From positions 8,342-72,341 of the forward strand of contig JAKFCT010000038.1 in assembly GCA_036676495.1 (NCBI GenBank): a DNA stretch of 64,000 nucleotides, written 5' to 3'. The translations under genes and the position numbers were made by a program. Source of the DNA: Candidatus Sericytochromatia bacterium (GTDB lineage: Bacteria > Cyanobacteriota > Sericytochromatia > S15B-MN24 > UBA4093). The notes beneath the pieces are model-generated. The model was given only the letters and a program-made list of their open reading frames with translations, did no database searches and was not told the origin of the DNA. Position 1 is the stretch's first letter, and every line of letters begins with the position of its first letter. Positions 37,443 through 46,317 of the stretch are shown here, one piece after another.

Positions 37443-38756
37443 TTAGACCCCGAGGCCTTGCAGGGAGGCGATCGCCTCCGCGTAATCGACCCGCTCGTTC
37501 ACCGCCTGCTTCAGGAAGGCGTTGATCTTGGGGACCAGGGCGATCGCCCGGTCGATCTGAGGGTTGGAGCCCGGCTGGTAGGCTCCGATGTTGACCAGAT
37601 CCCGGGCCTCCCGGTAGACCGCGAGCATCTCGCGCAGGCCGCCGGCGGCTTGCAGGTGCTCGGGGGGGACGATCTCGGTCATGACGCGCGAAACCGAGCC
37701 CAGGACGTCGATGGCCGGGTAGTGGTTCTGAGCGGCGAGATCGCGCGAGAGGACGATATGCCCGTCGAGGATGCCTCGGACCGTGTCGGAGATGGGCTCG
37801 TTGGTGTCGTCGCCTTCGACCAGGACGGTGTAGAGGGCGGTGATGGCCCCCTGTTCGGCGGTTCCGGCGCGCTCCAGGAGCTTGGGGAGCATGGCGAAGA
37901 CCGAGGGGGTGTAGCCCTTGGTCGCAGGCGGCTCCCCGATGGCCAGGCCCACCTCGCGCTGGGCCATGGCGAAGCGGGTGACCGAATCCATCATGAGGAT
38001 GACGTTGGCGCCCTGGTCGCGGAAGTGCTCGGCGATCGCCGTGGCCACGAAGGCTCCCTTGAGGCGCTGCAGCGCGGGTTGATCGGAGGTGGCGACCACC
38101 ACCACCGAGCGCGCCAACCCTTCCTCGCCCAGGTCCCGCTCCAGGAACTCCCGGACCTCGCGGCCACGCTCCCCGATCAGCGCGATCACGTTGAGATCCG
38201 CCTGGGCCTCGCGCGCGATCATCCCCAAGAGCGTGCTCTTGCCGACTCCGGAGCCAGCGAAGATGCCGAGCCGCTGCCCCTGACCGCAGGTCAGGAGGGC
38301 ATCCATGGCGCGCACGCCCATCGGCAAGGGCTCGGTGATGCGCTGGCGGGTCAAGGGATTGGGAGGAGGAGCTTCGAGCGGAGCGCGGCGGGCATGGACG
38401 ATGGGCCCCTTGCCGTCGATGGGGTTGCCCAGGCCATCCAGGACGCGGCCGAGCAGTTCGGAGCCGACGGGGACATAGAGCTGGCGGCCGGTGGCCACGA
38501 CGGGGCTTCCGGGCTTGATCCCCTCCATGGTCCCCAGGGGCATCAAGAGCAGGCGATCCTCGCGGAAACCGACCACCTCGGCGGGCACCACGCGCCCCGC
38601 GCCGCACTCGATGTGCGCCAGCTCGCCGAGACTGGCCGGAGGGCCGAAGGACTCGACCACCAGGCCGATGACCTGTGCCACCTTGCCCTCATGGCGCAGC
38701 GGCCGGCAGGCGCGCGCGCGCTCCAGCGCGGAGGAGAGGTCTAAACGGGTTTCCAT
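37443..38756 (-). CDS. fliI: Flagellum-specific ATPase FliI
   Basis: GIFAGSGVGKST, LIGERGREV, MDSVTRFA, GEPPATKGY, DGHIVLSR. Confidence 0.97.
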   Translation of the reverse strand: METRLDLSSALERARACRPLRHEGKVAQVIGLVVESFGPPASLGELAHIECGAGRVVPAEVVGFREDRLLLMPLGTMEGIKPGSPVVATGRQLYVPVGSELLGRVLDGLGNPIDGKGPIVHARRAPLEAPPPNPLTRQRITEPLPMGVRAMDALLTCGQGQRLGIFAGSGVGKSTLLGMIAREAQADLNVIALIGERGREVREFLERDLGEEGLARSVVVVATSDQPALQRLKGAFVATAIAEHFRDQGANVILMMDSVTRFAMAQREVGLAIGEPPATKGYTPSVFAMLPKLLERAGTAEQGAITALYTVLVEGDDTNEPISDTVRGILDGHIVLSRDLAAQNHYPAIDVLGSVSRVMTEIVPPEHLQAAGGLREMLAVYREARDLVNIGAYQPGSNPQIDRAIALVPKINAFLKQAVNERVDYAEAIASLQGLGV

Positions 38757-39508
38757 GCGGGCTCCGCAGCCGGGATGGTCACCTCGAGCGGCGCTTCCAG
38801 CTCGGAGACCAGCGGGGCGAGAACCGGATCCTCCTCAGGATCGGTCAAGAGCACGGAGGACGCGAGCTCCCGGAACTGGGTCGCGAACCGCCCGTCCACG
38901 CGTCCGGTCAGCGTCTCGACGATCACCCCTCCGAGGCCGATCGCCGGATCGGGCTTGATCTCGACGCCCGGCAGGTTCAGGTAGCCCGCGAGGCCCGAGG
39001 CATCGGCGGGATGCACCCGAATGCGGACGATCGCCGCATCTCCGAGGTGTTCGAGGGTCCCGTGAATCAGGGAGACGAGCATCCCGCGGTCCCGCGCTTC
39101 CCGGTGAAGGATGCGCTCAGCCGTGAGGAGAGCGAGCCGGATGACGTCGTCCTCCGACTCCTGCAGCCAGGCCTTGCGGCTGGCGACCAGGGCGCGAGTC
39201 TCCGCGACGAGGGCCTGAACCTGATCTTGCCACTGGCTGCGCCCCTCGGCATCGCCCTGAGCGAGGCCCATCTGGTAGCCTTCCTGGCGAGCGGCCTCGC
39301 GGATGCGCTCGGCCTCGGCATGGGCGCTTGCCAGCACGCGCTCCGCTTCGGCCTGCGCCTCGGCGAGCAGGGCCCCGAGATCGACCTCGGGCTCCACGGC
39401 GAGAGTATCGGGCTCCTCGAGGACGGCGGGAACCACCTCGGTGTCCTGCGGAGTCGGGAGCACCCACTTGCCGTCGCGCAGCTGCGCGCCCTTGAGGATG
39501 CGACCCAT
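38741..39508 (-). CDS. fliH: Flagellar assembly protein FliH
   Basis: GxxxG repeats (EGYQMGLAQG), IRVHPAD, GGVIVET..GRVDG. Confidence 0.92.
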   Translation of the reverse strand: MGRILKGAQLRDGKWVLPTPQDTEVVPAVLEEPDTLAVEPEVDLGALLAEAQAEAERVLASAHAEAERIREAARQEGYQMGLAQGDAEGRSQWQDQVQALVAETRALVASRKAWLQESEDDVIRLALLTAERILHREARDRGMLVSLIHGTLEHLGDAAIVRIRVHPADASGLAGYLNLPGVEIKPDPAIGLGGVIVETLTGRVDGRFATQFRELASSVLLTDPEEDPVLAPLVSELEAPLEVTIPAAEPAWKPV

Positions 39509-39511
39509 GGC

Positions 39512-40522
39512 CTACCCGACCAATTCGTCGCCCGAGCCGCGGGAAACGATGATCTCGCCCTTCTCCTCGAGGGAGCGGATGGTGGCCACGATCTTCTGCT
39601 GGACTTCTTCGACGTCGCGGACGCGCACCGGCCCCATGAACTCGATCTCGTCGCGGACGATCTTGCCCATGCGCTCGGACATGTTCTTGAAGATCCGGGT
39701 CCGGACGTCGTCGTTGGAGCCCTTGAGGGCGATCGCCAGCTCCTTGGTGTCCACGTCGCGGAGGATGCGCTGAATCGACCGGTCGTCGAGCACCACGATA
39801 TCCTCGAAGACGAACATGAGCTTCTTGATTTCCTCGGCGAGATCCGGGTTCTGCTCCTCGAGGGATTCCAGGATGGTCTTCTCGGTCCCGCGGTCGACCC
39901 GGTTGAGCACGTCGACCAGGGCCTTGAGGCCGCCGGCGTTGGTGAAGTCCTGATTCATGACCGCCGAGAACTTCCGCTCCAGCACCTTCTCGACCTCGCG
40001 CAGCACGGCGGGAGTCGTCCGGTCCATCTGGGCGATTCGGGTCGCCACTTCGGTCTGCAAGTCGGAGGGCAGGCCCGAGATCACCATGGCCGCCTGCTCG
40101 GCCTTCATGTAGGCCAGGATCAGGGCGATGGTCTGGGGATGCTCGTTCTGGATGAAGTTGAGGATCTGCGAGGCGTCCGCCTGGCGGATGAACTCGAAGG
40201 GCAGGGTGGTCAGCGACTCGCTGAGGCGCTGCAGGATCTCCTCGGCCTTGTCCGGACCGAGCGCCTTCGACAGGAGCTCGCGGGCGAAGTTCACGCCGCC
40301 GGTGGAGATGTACTGGTTGGCCTGGAGCGTGTGGTAGAACTCCTCGAGCAGCTCCTCGGAGGCCTCGTTGGAGAGCTTGCCGAGGTTGGCGATCTCGAGC
40401 GTGAGAGTCTCGACCTCCTCGGTATCTCCCAGGGCCTTGAGGATCATGCTGGCGGTGTCGGGGCCGAGCGCCACCAACAAGGCCGCCGCTTTCTGCTTGC
40501 CGGAAAGATTCTTCACCTTCAT
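39512..40522 (-). CDS. fliG: Flagellar motor switch protein FliG
   Basis: QKAAALL, EHPQTIALIL, MFVFED, GPVRVRDVEE. Confidence 0.97.
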   Translation of the reverse strand: MKVKNLSGKQKAAALLVALGPDTASMILKALGDTEEVETLTLEIANLGKLSNEASEELLEEFYHTLQANQYISTGGVNFARELLSKALGPDKAEEILQRLSESLTTLPFEFIRQADASQILNFIQNEHPQTIALILAYMKAEQAAMVISGLPSDLQTEVATRIAQMDRTTPAVLREVEKVLERKFSAVMNQDFTNAGGLKALVDVLNRVDRGTEKTILESLEEQNPDLAEEIKKLMFVFEDIVVLDDRSIQRILRDVDTKELAIALKGSNDDVRTRIFKNMSERMGKIVRDEIEFMGPVRVRDVEEVQQKIVATIRSLEEKGEIIVSRGSGDELVG

Positions 40523-40525
40523 GGG

Positions 40526-42112
40526 CTATTCGTCCTCCAGCATCCAGGAGCGCACGAGACGGGCCACCTCGTCGGGCTGGCTCTTGATGACCTTGGAGAT
40601 CTCGCGCTGGAGGTGGGTCTTGCGGTCCTCTTCGCCGATCTGACCGATTTCCGCCAGGTCCTGCTTGACGGTCGACTCGAGGGTCAAGGGGGCGAGATCG
40701 GGCAGCTCCTCTTCCTGCGGCTTGCCCCGCAGGCCGCGCCGCAAGAGGATCAAGGCCACGATGCCCAGGATGAGGGCGGCCGCCACCTTGAGGTAGAACT
40801 GGGTCTGCTCCTGCTGCTCCGCCTTGGCGAAGGCCTCTTCCTGGGCCTTGGCCACGGTGTCGTTGAACTTGAGGGCCGAGACCACGACGGTATCCCCGCG
40901 CAGCTCGTTGACGCCGGCCGCCGCGGAGATCATCTGGCGCAGGTCGGCGATTTGCTCCTCTTCGAGCTCGCCGTTCACGGCCACGGCCACCGAGAGGCGC
41001 TTCAGCTCCGCGGGAGGCTTGATCTTGCGCTGGACCGACTTGTTGACCTCGTAGTTGCGGGTGTGGTCGAGCTTCTCGTAGGCGCCAGGTCCCGCGGCCG
41101 TCGAGGAAGAGGCCTCGTAGGTCGGGATGTTGGTGGCGGTGCCGGGCACGCCTCCGCTCTGGCCCTGGGTGCCGTCCCAGCGCTCATGGAACTCCCGCTC
41201 GGAGCGCAGGATGCCCGAACGCGTCCCGTCCGCGGCGGTGACGACCGGCTCGAAGGTCTCCTGGTTGGTCTCGAGCTGGCTGAAGTCCATCTCGGCCACC
41301 ACGTTGACCACCGCGCCGTTGGGGCCGAGGACCCGGTCGAGCATGCCCTGGAGGTTCTTGCGGATGCCCAGCTCGGTCTGGCGCTTCAGCTCCAGCTGCT
41401 TGAGGCTCTGCTCGGGAGAAAGGGGATTGTCCTGGCCGAGGGCCAGCTCGTCGGAGTAGTTGCGGCCGTTGACGTCGGTGATGACGACGTTGGAGGGCGT
41501 GAGGCCCTTCACGGACTTGGAGACCAGGTGAACGATGGTCTTGGCCTGCTCGGGGGAGAACTTCGAGGTGGGGTAGAGCTTGAGGACGACGGCGGCGGTC
41601 GGGCTCTCGGCGGTATCCGTGAAGAGGTCGGGCTCGGGAATCACGAGGTGGACCCGCGCCTGCTCGACGCCGTCCATGGTGGAGATGGTGCGCGACAGTT
41701 CGCCCTGCAGGGCCCGCTGGTAGTTGAGCTTCTGGACGGCCTCGGTCATGCCGAAGGTGTTCTTGTCGAAGATCTCGAAGCCCACCTCGCCGCCAAGCGG
41801 CAGGCCCTGGGCCGCCATCTGGAGCCGCAGCTCGTGCACCTGGCTGCGGGGGACCATGATGGACTTGCCGCCCGCGGCGATCTCGTAGGGGACCTGGGCG
41901 TCCTTGAGCTTCTGGACGATCTGGCCCGCGTCGGCCTCGGTGACGTTGGTGTAAAGCGGAGCCCACTCGGGGGAGCGCGCCCAGACGAGCAGCAGCACGA
42001 TGGCCGCGATGGACACCGCGGACACCGCCCCGAAGAGGATTTGTTGGGTTCGGCTCAAGCCGGACCAAATCCGGCCGATATCAGATTGTAGCTGGCGCAG
42101 GAACTCGTTCAT
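40526..42112 (-). CDS. fliF: Flagellar M-ring protein FliF
   Basis: Two TM helices, GFEIFDK..YQRALQGELSRTI, ARVHL, RLSVAVAVNG. Confidence 0.96.
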   Translation of the reverse strand: MNEFLRQLQSDIGRIWSGLSRTQQILFGAVSAVSIAAIVLLLVWARSPEWAPLYTNVTEADAGQIVQKLKDAQVPYEIAAGGKSIMVPRSQVHELRLQMAAQGLPLGGEVGFEIFDKNTFGMTEAVQKLNYQRALQGELSRTISTMDGVEQARVHLVIPEPDLFTDTAESPTAAVVLKLYPTSKFSPEQAKTIVHLVSKSVKGLTPSNVVITDVNGRNYSDELALGQDNPLSPEQSLKQLELKRQTELGIRKNLQGMLDRVLGPNGAVVNVVAEMDFSQLETNQETFEPVVTAADGTRSGILRSEREFHERWDGTQGQSGGVPGTATNIPTYEASSSTAAGPGAYEKLDHTRNYEVNKSVQRKIKPPAELKRLSVAVAVNGELEEEQIADLRQMISAAAGVNELRGDTVVVSALKFNDTVAKAQEEAFAKAEQQEQTQFYLKVAAALILGIVALILLRRGLRGKPQEEELPDLAPLTLESTVKQDLAEIGQIGEEDRKTHLQREISKVIKSQPDEVARLVRSWMLEDE

Positions 42113-42414
42113 CGAACCCTTATCACAGTACCGTCATCCCCGAGACCGCCCTCATGGATTCTCCTGAGCAAGCCGTCCTTGGCTGCTGTAGCCGGTTGTC
42201 GCCGGCGGACCGCCGGAGGGCCGCGTCGTGATGCCCCCGGGGAGCCCTTCCTTCCGGCCAACCCCTCACGCTCTCTTCACCTTGGAAGCATAACACGGTT
42301 TGGGGCACGGCCAAAGCCTAGCTTAGCACAACGAAAGGAACCTCCGCTCCTATTAATGAGCGGATATTCGTCCGCTCTTGCTCGGGAAACGAGCTTGAAG
42401 CGCGGCCGCAGCGG

Positions 42415-42912
42415 CTATACCTGCATCCTCATGACTTCTTGGTAGGATTCCACCAATTTATTTCGAATCTGCATGGTGAGGTTCACCGCCACCGAGGCCT
42501 TCTCGGCGGCGATCATCACGTCGTGAAGCTCCACGTCCTTGCCCATGGCCAGATCGCGCTGCTTGGAGTCGGAGGTCTGGGCGAGCTGGTTGACAGAGCC
42601 CAGGTAATTGCCGATCGACTCGAAGACCGGCTCGATGCCGAGCCCCGTACGGGCGGCCCGCGGACCCATCACGCTCTCGGCTTGCGTACCGGCGTCCGGA
42701 CCCAGTCTGGGGGCTGCCAGGCTCTGGGCGGGAGGCACGATCGCCGAGGGCTGGCCGCTCGGAGCGAGCGGCACGGTGGCCGCCGGGCCTTGCGCCTCGG
42801 AGCGCGAGTCGAAGATCGCCCCGAAGTCCGGGCGCGGGATCCCGGGAAGGGGGATGCCGGGAACGCCGGGAAGCGGGGCGCCCATGGGGCCGATGGGGGG
42901 CAGAAAGGGCAT
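42415..42912 (-). CDS. fliE: Flagellar hook-basal body protein FliE with Pro-rich N-terminal extension
   Basis: C-terminal ELHDVMIAAEKAS..QIRNKLVESYQEVMRMQV. Confidence 0.92.
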   Translation of the reverse strand: MPFLPPIGPMGAPLPGVPGIPLPGIPRPDFGAIFDSRSEAQGPAATVPLAPSGQPSAIVPPAQSLAAPRLGPDAGTQAESVMGPRAARTGLGIEPVFESIGNYLGSVNQLAQTSDSKQRDLAMGKDVELHDVMIAAEKASVAVNLTMQIRNKLVESYQEVMRMQV

Positions 42913-42913
42913 G

Positions 42914-43321
42914 TTAGATCTCCAGGGCCTTGTTGGCGGCGGCCTTCAGCGACTGAATGACGGTGACGTTCGCCTCGTAGGAGCGGGTGGCCGAGATCAT
43001 GTCGGTCATCTCCGTGACGGGGTTGACGTTGGGATAGGCCACGTAGCCCTCCGCGTTGGCGTCCGGGTGCGCGGGATCGTGGACCAGGCGGAAGGGAGAC
43101 TCGTCCTCGATCACTCCCGAGACGCGGACTCCGTGGGTCGGGATTCCGGTCGGGCGCTCGGAGGGGCGCGACTCGAAGACCACCATCTCGCGGCGGTAGG
43201 CCTCCCCCTTGTCGGTCCGGGTGGTATTGGCGTTCGCCAGGTTGGAGGAGATCACGTCCATGCGCAGGCGCTGGGCGGTGAGCGCCGAGGCGGCGGTATT
43301 GAGCGCGTCGAAAAGTCCCAT
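42914..43321 (-). CDS. flgC: Flagellar basal-body rod protein FlgC
   Basis: AQRLRMDVISSNLANANTTR, DPAHPDA..GYV.YPNVN, RSYEAN. Confidence 0.97.
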   Translation of the reverse strand: MGLFDALNTAASALTAQRLRMDVISSNLANANTTRTDKGEAYRREMVVFESRPSERPTGIPTHGVRVSGVIEDESPFRLVHDPAHPDANAEGYVAYPNVNPVTEMTDMISATRSYEANVTVIQSLKAAANKALEI

Positions 43322-43345
43322 CGTCTACTCCCTGCCAAAAAGCGG

Positions 43346-43756
43346 CTATGAGCCGCGGATCACGTCCTTGAGGCCCGTCATCTTCCGCTTCATCAGATCG
43401 GCGACGGCGCTGTAGGTGAGGCTGGTCTGCGCGAGGCGCGTCATCTCGACGTCGATGTCCACGTTGTTGCCGTCGTTGCGCAGCGTGGAGTCCTCGGCAC
43501 GGCGCAGCTCGGGGCGGAACTGCGAAAGCCCCTGGGGGCCGAGGCTGAGGTGGCCGGCATGGGTCAAGGCCAGCGGAGCCCCGCGCCCGCCTTCGACCGC
43601 CGCTTGAAGCTGGGCCTCGTAGGAGACCTCGAAGCGTTTGTAGTGAGGGGTGTCGGCGTTGGCGACGTTTTCGGCGAGAGCGCGCTGACGCTGACCGAGG
43701 CCGGTCAAGCCGGCATGGAGCACGTCGGTGGTTCCACCGAAAAGCTTGTCCAGCAC
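43346..43756 (-). CDS. flgB: Flagellar basal-body rod protein FlgB
   Basis: RQRALAENVANADTPHYK, RNDGNNVDIDVEM; -10-like TATAGT upstream near 43796-43801. Confidence 0.96.
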   Translation of the reverse strand: MLDKLFGGTTDVLHAGLTGLGQRQRALAENVANADTPHYKRFEVSYEAQLQAAVEGGRGAPLALTHAGHLSLGPQGLSQFRPELRRAEDSTLRNDGNNVDIDVEMTRLAQTSLTYSAVADLMKRKMTGLKDVIRGS

Positions 43757-43818
43757 GCGTTCTCTCCTCCTGAAAAGCCCCGCGGGGGCCGCCTCACTAT
43801 ACCCCTGACGGGGCGCTT

Positions 43819-44538
43819 CTAATCGTTATCGGCGCAGCCGGCCGGATCTGAAGGGCTGGCAGTCGTCCCTTCTTCGCGCGAGCGTGCGATCTCGAGGACC
43901 CGCTCGACCACTTGTTCGCGCGTCAGCGTGTCCGTGTCGACGCGAACGGCGTCCGGTGCTTCCTTCAGGGGGCTCACCGCGCGGTTGGAGTCGTAGGCGT
44001 CCCGGCGGGCGATCTCGTCGGCGAGCTCGGGCAAGTCGACCGCGTGACCCTTGGCCTCCAGGTCCTTGGCCCGGCGGCGCGCCCTCTCCATGGGGGAAGC
44101 GACGAGGAAGATCTTGACCGGGGCCTGGGGGAAGACCACGGTGCCGATGTCACGGCCCTCGGCGACCACTCCGCCGTCCTTGCCGAGTTCGCGCTGGCGG
44201 TCGACCAGGACCTCCCGGACGCCGGGATGAGCGGAGACCTGGGAGACGTTCCGGGTGACCTGGGGGTCGCGGATGGCCTCGGTGACGTCCTGGCCGTCGA
44301 TGAGGACGCGGTCCCCGGTTTCCGAGGGAAGCAGGACGATCTCGGCTTCGCGCGCGAGGCGGGTCAAGGCGTCGGCGTCGTCGAGGGGGAGGCCCTCCTG
44401 CATGGCCTTCCAGGTGACGGCGCGGTACATGGCTCCGGTGTCGAGGAAGAGGAGGCCGAGGCGGCGGGCGACCGCCTTGGCGACGGTGCTCTTGCCGGCC
44501 CCGGCGGGGCCGTCGATGGCGACGATGAGGCGGCTCAC
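43819..44538 (-). CDS. cmk: Cytidylate kinase
   Basis: AIDGPAGAGKST, DTGAMYRA, EGRDIGTVVFP, RRD..DS.RAVSPL; GTG start overlaps the panC TGA. Confidence 0.96.
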   Translation of the reverse strand: MSRLIVAIDGPAGAGKSTVAKAVARRLGLLFLDTGAMYRAVTWKAMQEGLPLDDADALTRLAREAEIVLLPSETGDRVLIDGQDVTEAIRDPQVTRNVSQVSAHPGVREVLVDRQRELGKDGGVVAEGRDIGTVVFPQAPVKIFLVASPMERARRRAKDLEAKGHAVDLPELADEIARRDAYDSNRAVSPLKEAPDAVRVDTDTLTREQVVERVLEIARSREEGTTASPSDPAGCADND

Positions 44539-45419
44539 AGGGAAGCTCCTTCCAAGAGGCTGGCGAGTCCTCGGTCCGGCGAGTCCGGGGCGAGGAGGGC
44601 ATTGTCGATGAGGCGGGTCTTGCCCAGCTTGGCGGCGATCGCCATGACGGCGGGGGCCGCGAGGGCGGAGACGGGGTGGAGGGTGTCGGCGTCGCGCAGG
44701 TCGAGGTACTCGAGTGCGAGTCCGGAGAGCTCCGGGCGGGCGGCGGCCAGCAGGCGATCGGCCGAGCGTTCTCCCGCCAGGTAGGCGCGCATGGCCTGAG
44801 CGAGGGCGCGGGAGAGGGCGCGGGCGCGGAGGCGCTCGTCGGGGGCGAGGTAGGCGTTGCGCGAGCTCAAGGCGAGGCCGTCGGGCTCGCGGACGATGGG
44901 GACGCGGACGACTTCGACGGGCAGGGCGAGGTCCGAGACCATCTGGGCGATCACGCGCCACTGCTGGAAGTCCTTCTGGCCGAAGAAGGCGGCGTCGGGG
45001 CGAACGAGGCCGAAGAGGCGGGCGACGACGGTGGTGACGCCGGCGAAGTGGCCGGGCCGGGATTGGCCGCAGAGGGGGTCGGTGAGGCCCGCGACCGAGA
45101 CTTCGGTGCGGAAGCCGGGGGGGTAGACGACCTCGGGCGTGGGGGTGAAGAGCAGGTCGACGCCTTCCTGTTCGCAGAGGGCCTGGTCGCGCGCGAGGTC
45201 GCGGGGGTAGCGATCGAGGTCTTCGTTGGGGCCGAACTGCTTGGGGTTGACGAAGATCGAGACGACGACGCGGTCCGAGGCGTGTCGGGCGCGTCGGATG
45301 AGGCTGGCGTGACCCTCGTGGAGGAAGCCCATGGTGGGGACGAAGCCGACGCGGGCGTCGCCTTGGCGGAGGCGAGCTAGGGAATCGCGGAGCTCGGCAT
45401 GGGAGGAGACCCGGATCAC
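44535..45419 (-). CDS. panC: Pantoate--beta-alanine ligase
   Basis: GFVPTMGFLHEGH, SIFVNPKQF, RPGHFAGV, FGQKDFQQ, GLALSSRN, RLIDN; GTG at 45419 after GAAAGGAG. Confidence 0.97.
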   Translation of the reverse strand: MIRVSSHAELRDSLARLRQGDARVGFVPTMGFLHEGHASLIRRARHASDRVVVSIFVNPKQFGPNEDLDRYPRDLARDQALCEQEGVDLLFTPTPEVVYPPGFRTEVSVAGLTDPLCGQSRPGHFAGVTTVVARLFGLVRPDAAFFGQKDFQQWRVIAQMVSDLALPVEVVRVPIVREPDGLALSSRNAYLAPDERLRARALSRALAQAMRAYLAGERSADRLLAAARPELSGLALEYLDLRDADTLHPVSALAAPAVMAIAAKLGKTRLIDNALLAPDSPDRGLASLLEGASL

Positions 45420-45751
45420 AGGAGCGCTCCTTTCGGTCGGAATCAGGCGCAGGGCGGGCCATACGCGCGGGATCCATTCTAGCACAGCGGCGACCGTGGG
45501 TCGCGCGGCGGCTCATGAACCTTGTCGATCGGGGCCATGCCGATGCCGGGGGGTCCGGGTAGGATCGGGGGGCATGGGGTTCGATCACTCCAGCGTCAAC
45601 GCCATCAATGGGGATGGAACCTGGCTCCGGATGACGCCACGCAAGGGCCGAGCGCCCATTTTTCCCCGGAGAGGCCGGGGGAGCGCCGAACCGGGCCCGT
45701 CGGGTTCGACGGGTTCGCCGAGGTGTTCCGAGCGTAAGGAGCGACGCCGCG

Positions 45752-46285
45752 ATGAGACCCTTGGACTTCGATCTACTGGGTTGTCCCGTGACCGATGTGG
45801 AGACTGGCGAGGTGGTCGGGCGGGTCAAGGTGGTGGTGCAGTCCCCGACGCCGGGTCGGATTGCGCAGCTGGCGTTGGAGCGGCTGACGGATGGCTGGGC
45901 GCGGGAGGCCATGGGGGCGACTCCGGTGATGGGCGAGCCGCTTTACGATGGGCGCGGGGCGCTGTTGGGGTGGGCGGTCGGGATGGCCGAGAGCCTGCCG
46001 GGCGGGGGGATGAGGCGGCTGGGGGAGGCCGGGTCCTTCGCGGGCGGGACGCGGTTCCTGCTGGTGCGGGAGCAAGCGGAGGGGGAGGGAGCCGTGATCG
46101 ACGGTCACGATCTTGGCGAGGGCGACTCCGCCCATGGAGACTACATGGTCGGCCAGACGGCGGCATGCACCCTGATCGATCCGCAGGGCCAGACCGTGAT
46201 CCGCCAAGGCGAGGTGATCACGGCGGACGTGCTGGAGCGGGCGCGTCGGCTGGGGCTGCTGCACCGGCTGGAAGCGACCTTCTAA
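45752..46285 (+). CDS. PRC-barrel-like hypothetical protein
   Basis: LLGCPVTDVETGEVVGRV PRC-barrel-like start; C-terminal VIRQGEVITADVLERARRLGLL; SD AAGGAG. Confidence 0.6.
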   Translation: MRPLDFDLLGCPVTDVETGEVVGRVKVVVQSPTPGRIAQLALERLTDGWAREAMGATPVMGEPLYDGRGALLGWAVGMAESLPGGGMRRLGEAGSFAGGTRFLLVREQAEGEGAVIDGHDLGEGDSAHGDYMVGQTAACTLIDPQGQTVIRQGEVITADVLERARRLGLLHRLEATF

Positions 46286-46287
46286 GC

Positions 46288-46315
46288 GAAAGGGGCGCCC
46301 GTGGGCGCCCCTTCG
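46288..46315. terminator. Hairpin between convergent genes (likely bidirectional terminator)
   Basis: AAGGGGCGCCC-gt-GGGCGCCCCTT. Confidence 0.65.
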
Positions 46316-46317
46316 AG

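Noticed and set aside
38675-42091. 1138-aa plus-strand ORF
   Set aside because: Antisense shadow of fliF, fliG and fliH.
42113-43818. c-di-GMP riboswitch upstream of flgB or fliF
   Set aside because: No GGCAAAC/GNRA/GCAAA class I pattern or class II pattern recognisable; the flgB leader is also too short.
44539-45912. Long Arg/Pro-rich N-terminal extension of cmk in the ORF track
   Set aside because: Alternate frame over panC; the real cmk start is the GTG at 44538.
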